Source: an uncultured Halobacteria archaeon
Lineage (GTDB): Archaea > Halobacteriota > Syntropharchaeia > Alkanophagales > Methanospirareceae
Reading direction: 5' to 3'
Length of the DNA: 62,127 bases
NCBI GenBank assembly: GCA_964443855.1
Contig: CAYUEX010000001.1
Span: forward strand, 1-62,127
Each line of letters begins with the position of its first letter. Within the stretch, counting starts at the first letter, position 1. The notes below the pieces were generated by a model. The model was not told the DNA's origin, searched no databases, and saw nothing but the letters and a program-made list of their open reading frames with translations. The position numbers were made by a program, and so were the translations under genes. Positions 28,792 through 37,981 of this stretch are shown here, piece after piece.

Positions 28792-29214
28792 TAAGACCAC
28801 CATTCTATCCTGTAAAAGAGGAACGTGAATTTTAATAATCTGCATGCTTCGAGTGCGCTTGCAGATATCCCGTTTCACCCATTTTTTCACCAGTCATACC
28901 TAGTGGTATACAGGGCATACGATCAGTCAAATCAAAAGCATTCAGTGTAGTCCTACATGCTCGATCGGTTTAACAACAGCTGCCACTTTAACAAGAGATT
29001 CTCACGGTAAGTTTGAGTTGCATGGAAGACAGATGTTTGAAAGGTAGGACATGCCACTTTACTGCTGCCACAACACAGTACAGCTTCACCACCACCAAAC
29101 AGCTTTAGTACTTTATCATAACTCTTAATTCGTCAAACGATGAGTGGAACTGGATTTAAAAATCCTCGTTCCTTCTGAGTAGATTTCGTAGTGATTAAAT
29201 TAAGTTAAATCCAA

Positions 29215-29266
29215 AAAAGAAAAAAAGAAATAGTTGGTTGTGGAAATATTCCACAACCTTTTTTTT
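29215..29266. terminator. Bidirectional terminator: 10-bp perfect hairpin flanked by A-run and T-run
   Basis: GGTTGTGGAA-ATA-TTCCACAACC (29236-29258), followed by T8. Preceded by an A-rich run, which is a T-run for the convergent minus-strand gene. Confidence 0.55.
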
Positions 29267-29271
29267 GTCTC

Positions 29272-30264
29272 TTATAGCCCGATTGAGGTATAGAACGCTC
29301 CTATATTGGGCAACACTTCACCAAGGGGAACGTTCGTACCGAAAAGTACTACTCGTCCCATGATCTCACCGATGAGGACCACTACAAACAGAACGATTGC
29401 TATCATCGAAGCCATCGCCATGTTCTTCTTCGTTAGTGGCAATGCAAGTGCTATGGCGCATATGAGAGCCAAGCCTACACCTACAACCCATCGTGCCATA
29501 TAAAGTGTGGAGTATTCACCCGATAACATGCTCGTGAGCGTCTCACCCTGTGCTACTTGTGCGTATTCGGTCTCTGCAACTTCTAACATGCCAGTATGTG
29601 CGAAGAGCCCTACTGCCAGCACAATGACCATTACCAGCGAGATCCCCATCGTAATCCAGAGCATACGTGCTAAAGGCTCGTCTCCCTCTTTCTTCAACGT
29701 GTACTTCAGCGAAAGCACTGCTGCTACTGCCGTTACACCGCCCAGCAGGGCAGTAACGTAGAAGAACAGTATGATCGTCGAATGATTCAAAGAGGGCAGA
29801 GTGTATATCATGTATGCCGCCGCACTTATATAGGGAAACGTAAGTCCCACCAATGCAGCTAAGACTCCAACAGGTTTCCTGAGTGGCATGAGCTTCCCGA
29901 CTATCGGCGGTATCACTGGGAGCCATTTGAGGCTGCCGTATTCCGGCTCTAAGAGCCACATCGCGGTATATGCCACTGCTAAGATGACAAAAATCGTAAG
30001 CACCAGTACTTCTTGACTCAGTAATGATGAACTCACGTTTTTCGTCATTGTAAACATCGCTTGTATCGGTCGTGCCTCGTGAGAAAGTATACCCATCAGG
30101 CCAATAAAGGCAACTGGAACAGAGACCCATGCTCCTGTCTCAAAGAACTTCGCCTCATCCTTGCCCTTCGCGAGGAAATCTGCGATGACCATTGCTATCA
30201 GCGCACCCACTGCCATCTGACTGAACACCGTGAAGGTCACGTATGCGGTAACTGCACTACTCAT
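29272..30264 (-). CDS. DmsC/NrfD-type integral membrane anchor subunit
   Basis: About 8 TM helices. Alignable by eye to E. coli DmsC landmarks (TFTVFSQMAVGA; LSHEARPIQAMF…SSLLSQEV; LIGEIMGRVVLFG). Confidence 0.65.
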   Translation of the reverse strand: MSSAVTAYVTFTVFSQMAVGALIAMVIADFLAKGKDEAKFFETGAWVSVPVAFIGLMGILSHEARPIQAMFTMTKNVSSSLLSQEVLVLTIFVILAVAYTAMWLLEPEYGSLKWLPVIPPIVGKLMPLRKPVGVLAALVGLTFPYISAAAYMIYTLPSLNHSTIILFFYVTALLGGVTAVAAVLSLKYTLKKEGDEPLARMLWITMGISLVMVIVLAVGLFAHTGMLEVAETEYAQVAQGETLTSMLSGEYSTLYMARWVVGVGLALICAIALALPLTKKNMAMASMIAIVLFVVVLIGEIMGRVVLFGTNVPLGEVLPNIGAFYTSIGL

Positions 30265-30282
30265 TGTTATCCATTACCTCCT

Positions 30283-30822
30283 TTACACTCGCTCTTGCCA
30301 GGCAATTGTGTTCCGAGACTTTGCATCTCTATACTGTGGTAAGATTTCGTTTATGTCGCCTCCAAGACGGGCCTTGGTCGAGCAGAACAGTGCACACCTC
30401 GGGCTGGGTTCTCTATTGTTGGCTACCGGCACAAAAGGCTGCACGCATAAGGTGCACTTGTCCATTATCCCTTCATACTCTTCAGCCGCACCCTCCAGCT
30501 CATGAGGATATTGTGGTGCGCCAAATGGGCATGCCCACCCGCAATAGCCACAGCCGATGCACTTATCCTTATCCATCAGAACGATACCGTCTTCAGCTCG
30601 CTTCTCTATCGCCTTCACTGGGCATGCAGCCTCACAGGGAGGCTCCGTGCAGTGCATACAGGAAACAGGTATGTTCTTCTCTCCAGGTCGCCCCTCGTTA
30701 ATGGTCACAATTTTCACTCTGGCTGTTCCGTGAGGAACTTTGTTCTGGTCCTTGCAAATAGCAAAGCACGCTCCGCAGTTGATGCATTTCTCAATCACGT
30801 TCAGGAATTTATAGGTTACCAT
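30283..30822 (-). CDS. 4Fe-4S ferredoxin-type electron-transfer subunit (DmsB/FdnH-like, short, no TM helix)
   Basis: Four Cys clusters: CINCGACFAIC, CMHCTEPPCEAACP, CIGCGYCGWACP, CTLC…C..FC. Confidence 0.8.
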   Translation of the reverse strand: MVTYKFLNVIEKCINCGACFAICKDQNKVPHGTARVKIVTINEGRPGEKNIPVSCMHCTEPPCEAACPVKAIEKRAEDGIVLMDKDKCIGCGYCGWACPFGAPQYPHELEGAAEEYEGIMDKCTLCVQPFVPVANNREPSPRCALFCSTKARLGGDINEILPQYRDAKSRNTIAWQERV

Positions 30823-30837
30823 TTTTTACATTGCCTC

Positions 30838-33657
30838 CTAAGCCTTGTACACCTTGCACAGGCACGCTTTCGTCTCTTGCATGTTCGTCGACCTGTCGTA
30901 TGCGTCCACACAGATGATGTTAACTGAATCCCCAAGTGCGAGTTCCGCGGTTCCAGGTGGGTATCGGTCCTCATATGACTCACCTTCAAACCAGCCGGCC
31001 CAGTGATACGGACAGAATATGGTCTGCTCGTTCACACGCTCCGTCACGTTTGCTCTCACTTTGATCTTTCCTCTCAGTGTCTCGACCCAGACGAAATCCC
31101 AATGGGTGATACCGAGTTCCATTGCCGTGTTCGGATTAATCTCCGCGTACATTTCAGGTTGTAACTCCACCAAGTATTCACACGATCTCGTCTCAGCGCC
31201 GCCGCCCATGTGCTCGACCTGTCGTCCTGTGGTGAGTATATAGGGATAGCCCTCGTTCACCAGGTTCTTCCGCTGCTGTTGGATCGTCTTATACAAGCAC
31301 GGGATACGGTAGTTGTCTGCAACGTCATCGTAGGTTGGATATTTATCAATCAGGTCAGGTCGTGGACTCTCGATCGGTTCTCGGTGTATAGGAACTGGAT
31401 CAGGCAGGTCCCACGCTCTGAATCGTGCTCTTCCTGCTCCTGACGGGCAGATGTTCTTGTCAAGCAGCTCCTTGAAGTCTGAGTCGATTTCCAACTTCCA
31501 GCCGGTACCATCAGTGCCATCGGAGTTCTTCTCGTCATAGCCTTCTGGGTAACCGTATGCCGCGCCTAACATGCTCTCGCCATCGTCCGACAATGGATTT
31601 CCGGGTGTTGAGTCAGCACCTCTGAATCGGGGTCGATATTCGTTGCCGCCTTCCCAGACGGGTATATCATTTCGGTACAAGATCGGTGTTCCTGGGTGCT
31701 CATCATTCCAGCACGGCCATGGCAGTCCCCAGTATTCTCCTTTCACCGGGCCACTCTTTGCCTGGCAATCTTCGCAATCGAAGACGCTGCAATCGGTACG
31801 ACACTGCAGTTGCTGTCGCTTGAGCCGCTCTGGAGACTGGCGCATCATGATGACATTCGCGCCGAGATTAATCTCACGGAGCACATCCTCTGGATACTCG
31901 TTATAAGTGAAGTGTTCACCGAAGCCGAGTCTATCTGCCAGCTCCTTGATCATCCACCAGTCAGGCTTACTGTCGTATAAAGGCTCCACTAACTTGTTTC
32001 GCCACTGTACCTGCCGTGCACTGTTCGAAACGCTTCCGCTTTCCTCGAATTGCGTTGCCGCAGGCAGTACGATGATCCCGTCAGGTCGGTCCGCAAGTGA
32101 AGAAGCAATCGTCGCATGCGGGTCAACGCCCACAAGTAGTTCGACCTTCTCCATCGCCTTCTTCATCCGCTTCATTTCGGTGATCGAGTTCAGCGAATGA
32201 CCCCAGACGAACGCCATCTTGATCGGGTTTGGCTGATTGATCGGGAATTCCTCATTGAGCACACCTTCGTACCATCGTGAGACCGTTATTCCCGGCTTGT
32301 GCATCAGCGATCCACCATTGTGCTCCGCGAACTTGGCATGCATCTCCTCGTAGGTTATTGGTGCATGTCTGTTCCAGACGCCAATCCAATGCTTCCACGA
32401 GCCTTCGGTAAGGCCGTAGTATGCAGGCAGCCAGTGCGAAAGCACGCACATATCGGTTGCACCCTGCACGTTGTCGTGACCTCTGAATGCGTTGGTTCCT
32501 CCGCCAGGTCTGCCCGAATACCCCATAAGCATCTCAAGGCAAGCGAACGACCTGATGTTATTCGTTCCCACGGTGTGTTGTGTTGCGCCCATTGCCCAGC
32601 ATACACAATTAGCATAGTCCTCACCACGTGGTGGGAATGCCCAGTCACGTGCGACTTGCCGTATGGTATCTGCCGGAACCCAGGTAATGTCCTCCACAAC
32701 CTCAGGTGTGTACTCCTTTACGACGTCCCACCATTTAGCAAACCCGTAGGTTCTCTTTTCGATGAAGTCCTTGTTGTGCCAGTTGTTATTCACGATTACA
32801 TTGCAGATCCCCCAAATCAAGGGGATATCCGTTCCTGATCTGAATCGCACGTACATATCCGCCGCTGCGGCAGACTTTGTAAATCGCGGATCCATCACGA
32901 TGAACTTTGCGCCTCGCTTCTTTGCCTCGAGGATGTGCAGCATCGCAACAGGATGCGAGTTGGCTGCGTTCTCACCGCAGAACAGAATAACGCCGGAATT
33001 GCGCATGTCGTTCCACGGATTGGTCATCGCACCATAGCTCCAACTGTTCGCCAAACCGGCGACCGTCGTGGAGTGGCATATCCGTGCCTGATGGTCTACG
33101 TTGTTCGTACCGTTAAATGCCGCAAATTTCCTGAATAAGTAGCACTCTTCATTGCTCGTCTTGGCAGATCCCATGTAAAAGATCGAATCGGGCCCGTAAT
33201 TCGCCTTGATCTCCTTCATCTTGTTGGCGATCTTATCCAGGGCTTCAGTCCACGAGATTGCCTTCCACTGGCCCCCGACTTTCTCCATCGGAGTTTTTAG
33301 TCTGGTCTTTGAGTTGAGTATCTCTGCTATCGATGTTCCCTTAGAGCACATCGAGCCGCGATTTATCGGGTTCTCCAACCACGGTTCAAGACCGATGCAT
33401 ACACCGTCCTTTATTTTACCATGGAATCCACATCCCACTGCACAGTGCGAACAGGTAGATTTCACGAGCGTTACACCGGCTTCCTCAGGAGCCGCACTTG
33501 CAGTTTCAATCAAATCGCCAAGTTTGGAAGGATACGCACTGACGCCGCTGATACCACTCAGAGCCGCTGCAGTCCCTAAGGCACTCAGTTTAGTGAACAT
33601 CCGCCTTGACATTCTGATACCACTATTTTTACCTATAGATTTTGTTCTTGCCGCCAT
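30838..33657 (-). CDS. Tat-exported molybdopterin (bis-PGD) oxidoreductase catalytic subunit with FdnG-type (formate dehydrogenase-N-like) active-site motif, Cys variant
   Basis: Twin-arginine signal MSRRMFTKLSALGTAAALSG. FS0 motif CSHCAVGCG. HQARICHSTTVAGLANSWSYGAMTN matches the E. coli FdnG …ARV-U-HGPTVA…GAMTN with Cys in place of Sec. Confidence 0.8.
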   Translation of the reverse strand: MAARTKSIGKNSGIRMSRRMFTKLSALGTAAALSGISGVSAYPSKLGDLIETASAAPEEAGVTLVKSTCSHCAVGCGFHGKIKDGVCIGLEPWLENPINRGSMCSKGTSIAEILNSKTRLKTPMEKVGGQWKAISWTEALDKIANKMKEIKANYGPDSIFYMGSAKTSNEECYLFRKFAAFNGTNNVDHQARICHSTTVAGLANSWSYGAMTNPWNDMRNSGVILFCGENAANSHPVAMLHILEAKKRGAKFIVMDPRFTKSAAAADMYVRFRSGTDIPLIWGICNVIVNNNWHNKDFIEKRTYGFAKWWDVVKEYTPEVVEDITWVPADTIRQVARDWAFPPRGEDYANCVCWAMGATQHTVGTNNIRSFACLEMLMGYSGRPGGGTNAFRGHDNVQGATDMCVLSHWLPAYYGLTEGSWKHWIGVWNRHAPITYEEMHAKFAEHNGGSLMHKPGITVSRWYEGVLNEEFPINQPNPIKMAFVWGHSLNSITEMKRMKKAMEKVELLVGVDPHATIASSLADRPDGIIVLPAATQFEESGSVSNSARQVQWRNKLVEPLYDSKPDWWMIKELADRLGFGEHFTYNEYPEDVLREINLGANVIMMRQSPERLKRQQLQCRTDCSVFDCEDCQAKSGPVKGEYWGLPWPCWNDEHPGTPILYRNDIPVWEGGNEYRPRFRGADSTPGNPLSDDGESMLGAAYGYPEGYDEKNSDGTDGTGWKLEIDSDFKELLDKNICPSGAGRARFRAWDLPDPVPIHREPIESPRPDLIDKYPTYDDVADNYRIPCLYKTIQQQRKNLVNEGYPYILTTGRQVEHMGGGAETRSCEYLVELQPEMYAEINPNTAMELGITHWDFVWVETLRGKIKVRANVTERVNEQTIFCPYHWAGWFEGESYEDRYPPGTAELALGDSVNIICVDAYDRSTNMQETKACLCKVYKA

Positions 33658-33717
33658 TATTTCACCTCTTTCTCCTACTATTTTACCTCCAATTGTAATA
33701 ACTCGATACCTTCACTA

Positions 33718-33725
33718 TATATAAA
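33718..33725 (-). promoter_or_regulatory. TATA box (TTTATATA on the coding strand) about 60 nt upstream of the ATG
   Basis: Exact archaeal TATA-like octamer. The same octamer sits at the same distance upstream of the second Mo-enzyme gene. Confidence 0.3.
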
Positions 33726-34068
33726 AGCTTTTCGGTTTTGATAGCCCCATTCAAAAATAAGAACGTGCAGCGATCTAAGATTGTTCACCACACATGCTAC
33801 AGAGGGTTATTGTTGAGTTCGCTTACGAGACAAAGTTGTATGCACTACCTAAAAACCCTGCAGTGTTCCTCATGCAGTAGCTTTGTCTTTATTGGAATGC
33901 GGAGAACAACAATCGTCTCGTCAAAAGCTATGAATGATAGATGCTGGAACACAAGCCAATATCAGACAGGAAAATGAAGCGCCATAAACAGAATAAGAGC
34001 TGAAGGCGGCTTATACGTAAACGTTCTTAACCTGCTTAAAAAGAGGAAAAGAAGAGAGATATTCGTTT

Positions 34069-34719
34069 CTATCTCGTTCTTCTCAACAACAGATAAGTCA
34101 CCGCTAATACGCCGCCAACTGCGAAGAGGGCCTCATAACCGGGGGCTTTAGGTGTCGGTGTGGGACTCGTGGTTGGGGTTTTACTACTTCTCAGTGTTTG
34201 TACTGCCTGCTCTAAATCTCCCTGCAGCCTGCTAAGCGCTGCAATGGGTGTTGGTGGTACCAGCCCCAACGCATCAATTTCCTCAAGATGGCCTAGAGAA
34301 CTGCTGATATAACCAGCTGCTGTTTCTAACTCATCAGGATCGTACTGCAGTGCTCCTGACTCGATATACTGACAGCCCGATTTGAAATTCTCTAATGCTA
34401 ACGTCAAATGATTTTTCACTGGCTGCATCTCTGATGATACCTCATAACCTCCTAATTCGTCCAATGCCGCCGTAGCATCTTCATAGCCAGTACGTGCCCA
34501 TACCTCACAGGTCGTACAGTCGAAATTTTCTATAGCCTCCGCCGTATTTATCGTGTCGGTTTCTATTTTATTCATCGTCTTGTCATACCATTCCTCGAAT
34601 TCACTGTCTTCAAGGGGTTGCGCCTGTGCCACATCTGAAGCGCTTGCAAGGGCTAGTACGATGGTTAAACTTACAAGTAAAACCGTAGCAAGACATCCAA
34701 AAAATTTTGCTTTTCTCAT
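34069..34719 (-). CDS. Secreted helical protein with CxxC and a PGF-CTERM-like anchor (PGYEALF…LLLRR)
   Basis: Signal peptide …LALASASDVAQA. CTTC motif. Thr/Pro linker. C-terminal APGYEALFAVGGVLAVTYLLLRRTR. Confidence 0.55.
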   Translation of the reverse strand: MRKAKFFGCLATVLLVSLTIVLALASASDVAQAQPLEDSEFEEWYDKTMNKIETDTINTAEAIENFDCTTCEVWARTGYEDATAALDELGGYEVSSEMQPVKNHLTLALENFKSGCQYIESGALQYDPDELETAAGYISSSLGHLEEIDALGLVPPTPIAALSRLQGDLEQAVQTLRSSKTPTTSPTPTPKAPGYEALFAVGGVLAVTYLLLRRTR

Positions 34720-34925
34720 TTTTCACCTCCTTAAAGCTAAATGATTACGTATCGCATATAAAAAGTAATGAATATTTGATAAATTGAGCGGTAAACGTGT
34801 TTTATCATTGCAATTAAGAGATGGCAGCAGTTTTCATTTTGGATAGAACAAAAGTATGCTGTGGAAGAATAAGCTATATTCGAGATAGATTTATATATCC
34901 GTAATAGCATCCCCTTCATTAAGAA

Positions 34926-35318
34926 ATGAAAGATCCAGAGTGGAAGGAAAAGAAGAAAGAACTAACAGTGCTTCTTGAAAGAGAGGCGCTATTTCTTGAA
35001 ATTACCCGGCAGTTGTCCGGACGTGTACAGAATGTATTTGCTCGGCCGGAATCTCTTGAGAAATTAGCTGAGGAGCTAAAAGCATGTGAAACTGACATTG
35101 TCAAGCGCTATTTCTTTCCAGTCGACAAAACAATAGATACGTTTACCGATAAACCCTCAATTGCTCGTGAGGAACTGATTAAAGCAAGTACGGAAGATAA
35201 AGAGAAGCTCCTTCGGTTTATCGGTGTCCTCGACAAAGAGATTATAAATAAGGAGGAGGAGATCACCGAATTAAAGAAGGAGACTGAAAAAATGCGTGAA
35301 ATGCTTACGAACGTGTAA
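34926..35318 (+). CDS. Small coiled-coil hypothetical protein
   Basis: Glu/Lys-rich heptad-like sequence; no motif recognised. Confidence 0.4.
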   Translation: MKDPEWKEKKKELTVLLEREALFLEITRQLSGRVQNVFARPESLEKLAEELKACETDIVKRYFFPVDKTIDTFTDKPSIAREELIKASTEDKEKLLRFIGVLDKEIINKEEEITELKKETEKMREMLTNV

Positions 35319-35474
35319 GGCTTCTAATAGATACTGAAGAACTCGTCCCAAATCCCTTAGAAGCAAATTGGCACTCGTTGCAAAGAGCGTCTGGATAAAA
35401 TCCGCAACTCTTCATAGCTTGTTTGATAGGGCTATAAATAAATATGATGGAAGGGGTTTTCCCTGTATAGAACG

Positions 35475-36773
35475 ATGAAAAATCCCTACGAGCTGAGAGT
35501 TAGACTCATGTGCGACAAAGCGGGAGATAGAAGAACGTTTACGCCCCCTAAATTACCGCGGGGAACTGCTCTCTTTATTCTGTCACTTATCCTTATTTCA
35601 GGTATTGGAACAGTCACAATTCCTCCTGTAGCGCAAGCTGCTGGTAATGAAGCGCCACCGTTTAACCTTACAAGCATCGACGGAACGACTTTCAGTCTCA
35701 GTGACTACAGAGGAACGGTTGTGGTATTAGATTTAATGGCCACATGGTGCTCGCTCTGCGATAAGGAAATGAATGAGCTCTCGCGGTTGAGAGAAGCGTA
35801 CCCCGACGTGGTGATAATGACAATATCTGTTGACCCCACAGAGACTGACGAAATGTTGAGAGACTACAAAGAGAAACATAACGCAGACTGGCTATTTGCA
35901 CGCGATACCGATAATGTCTGGGATGATAAGTACCGGGACCTTGGTTTACCAACCATTGTTCTTATTGACCCTCAGGGGCACCGAAGCTTTCAAAAGGCGG
36001 ACTTTCTGCCGGTAGAAACACTGAGTTTGGAGGTTGAAAGGGCGTATTCAGGAGGTGATGAGGAACCGGAAGAACCGGAAGAACCAACGGAACCGAAATA
36101 CGCCGTTACGGGCTTATATGTTGGAGCTTTGTTATTGGGGCTTGCGAGTTTTTTTGCTCCCTGCGCGTTTCCGCTATTGCCGGGCTACATAAGCTACTAC
36201 CTAGGGAGATACGAAGGCGGACCAACGTTGAGCGACTCAGTGAAAGCGGGAATGGCTGCAGCGACAGGAATCAATGGCATGTTTGCGTTAATAGGTATTG
36301 CGGTGGCTGTTGGAGCAACAGCAGTTAGATCGTACCTTGAGCAGCTCACACCCGGAGTTGGCTTTATTATCGTCCTTTTAGGGCTTGCAATGGTTTTTGG
36401 CAAGACCGAAATCTTCGACAAATTCGGAGGAAAACTGTCATCGTATTCATCGAAATTCGGCGGAGGGACTGGGCTCTTTGGACTCTTTATGTACGGTGTT
36501 GGCTATGGGGTGGCGTCCATGGGATGCCAGGCTCCAGTATTCATTGCACTTCTATTTCAGGGCTTAGCTGCTGGCGGATTATTGGAAGCGTTCATGCTCT
36601 TTCTGTCATTTTCTATTGGGATGGGAAGCATGATGCTTGCCGTCAGTGTAATCGTGGGAACGGCGAAGACGACAATTTTGGAACGTGTGAGAAATATGAC
36701 TCCCTACATAAACAGAGCGTGTGGAGTCATACTCATCATTGTCGGCGTATACTTCCTATTAGAATCTTTTTGA
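35475..36773 (+). CDS. Fusion protein: N-terminal anchor + extracytoplasmic TlpA/ResA-like thioredoxin domain (WCSLC) + CcdA/DsbD-type transmembrane electron-transfer domain
   Basis: VVVLDLMATWCSLCDKEM. Acidic PEEPEEP linker. CcdA TM Cys motifs FFAPCAFPLLPGY and MGCQAPVF. Confidence 0.75.
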   Translation: MKNPYELRVRLMCDKAGDRRTFTPPKLPRGTALFILSLILISGIGTVTIPPVAQAAGNEAPPFNLTSIDGTTFSLSDYRGTVVVLDLMATWCSLCDKEMNELSRLREAYPDVVIMTISVDPTETDEMLRDYKEKHNADWLFARDTDNVWDDKYRDLGLPTIVLIDPQGHRSFQKADFLPVETLSLEVERAYSGGDEEPEEPEEPTEPKYAVTGLYVGALLLGLASFFAPCAFPLLPGYISYYLGRYEGGPTLSDSVKAGMAAATGINGMFALIGIAVAVGATAVRSYLEQLTPGVGFIIVLLGLAMVFGKTEIFDKFGGKLSSYSSKFGGGTGLFGLFMYGVGYGVASMGCQAPVFIALLFQGLAAGGLLEAFMLFLSFSIGMGSMMLAVSVIVGTAKTTILERVRNMTPYINRACGVILIIVGVYFLLESF

Positions 36774-36916
36774 CGCTGACACGATGGAGGCAGGGATTGA
36801 TCTTAGTTCGACTTACAAACTGCCTGTATTCTACACTACAGAATCAACAAGTTTACTACAATAGGTAAATTTATATAGCATAAACGTTCAATAGTCTAGC
36901 GAGGTGAACACTAAAA

Positions 36917-37927
36917 ATGGACAAAAAGAAAGTTGCCTCGGTGATTTTGATAGGTTCGATTCTGGTTGTCCCACTCATGGTTTCTAGTGTAGTATCGGCA
37001 GAGCGTATTGACATATCGGTGGACGAAGCGTATAAAATGCTACAGAAAAACCCTGACGACATTATTCTGCTGGATACCAGACCCGAGCAGATATACACTT
37101 CTGAGCACATAACGGGGCCAAATTATCATGTAGTGAACATACCCCTGAGTGTCGATACTACTGCTTTTGAAAGCGATATCGAGGAATTGGACAAGTCGAA
37201 AATTATTATCGCGTACTGTCAGGCGGGTCGTGCGAGTCAAGTAGCAGGCGATTTACTCCTCCAACACGGTTTCGAGCGCGTTTATACTATGGTTGGGGGG
37301 ATCAATGCATGGAAAGAGAAATATCCGACGACGCTCACATCGACTCAGCCCACGAAAGCACCAATAGGTGCTATTAGGGCACCCTCGTTTACGCTTACAC
37401 GCATAGATGGAACGCCGTTCAGTCTCAGTGATTACCAAGGAAAGGTCGTGGTATTGACTCTGATTCTAACAACCTGTCATCTGTGCCAAGAAGAGATGGG
37501 AGAACTCGCACAGTTACGACAAGCGTATCCCGACGTCGCTATTCTAACCGTGTCTATAGATCCGTTGGAGACAGACGAAAATCTGAGAAGTTTCAAAGAG
37601 AAATATAACGCAGACTGGACATTTGCACGGGATACCAGCAAGGTTGCTTCGCGGTATCAAGGCTACGTTTTGGCCACACCAACCATTGTTGTTATCACTC
37701 CTGAGGGGTACATAAGTTTCCGGAAAGTAGATGTTGTCCCATTAGAAGAGCTTAAGTCAGCAATTGAGAGAGCTTACCAGGAAGAGGGAGAACTGATACC
37801 GAAAGCAACACCGACTCCCGAGGAAGGGCAGATTCCCGGATTCGAAGCGACGGCGACGGTAGCGATATTCTGCATTCTTGTCGTATCGCAGTGGCTGGAG
37901 AGAAAAAAAAGAGAAAGAGGTAAGTAG
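36917..37927 (+). CDS. Fusion protein: signal peptide + rhodanese domain (active-site CQAGRAS) + TlpA-like thioredoxin domain (TCHLC) + PGF-CTERM anchor
   Basis: IIAYCQAGRASQ…GGINAW (rhodanese). VVVLTLILTTCHLCQEEM (thioredoxin). C-terminal IPGFEATATVAIFCILVVSQWLERKKRERGK. Confidence 0.75.
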   Translation: MDKKKVASVILIGSILVVPLMVSSVVSAERIDISVDEAYKMLQKNPDDIILLDTRPEQIYTSEHITGPNYHVVNIPLSVDTTAFESDIEELDKSKIIIAYCQAGRASQVAGDLLLQHGFERVYTMVGGINAWKEKYPTTLTSTQPTKAPIGAIRAPSFTLTRIDGTPFSLSDYQGKVVVLTLILTTCHLCQEEMGELAQLRQAYPDVAILTVSIDPLETDENLRSFKEKYNADWTFARDTSKVASRYQGYVLATPTIVVITPEGYISFRKVDVVPLEELKSAIERAYQEEGELIPKATPTPEEGQIPGFEATATVAIFCILVVSQWLERKKRERGK

Positions 37928-37981
37928 GAGAGTAGCCTAGAAGTTTTGGGATCGCCTGCCGGGTAGTCAAATTTACGCGGT

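Noticed and set aside
29138-29178. C/D-box sRNA-like pair (GATGAG ... CTGA).
   Set aside because: The C box is imperfect (not RTGATGA), there are no D'/C' boxes, and there is no terminal stem. This is probably chance.
32950-33080. Possible in-frame TGA selenocysteine at the FdnG-type active site.
   Set aside because: The active-site position is a TGC/TGT-type Cys codon within an uninterrupted ORF (…ARICHST…), and no SECIS-like requirement arises.
33738-33977. 79-aa ORF in the spacer upstream of the FdnG-type gene.
   Set aside because: It has a Cys/Ser-rich improbable sequence, no RBS, and lies in the promoter/leader region. It is treated as spurious.
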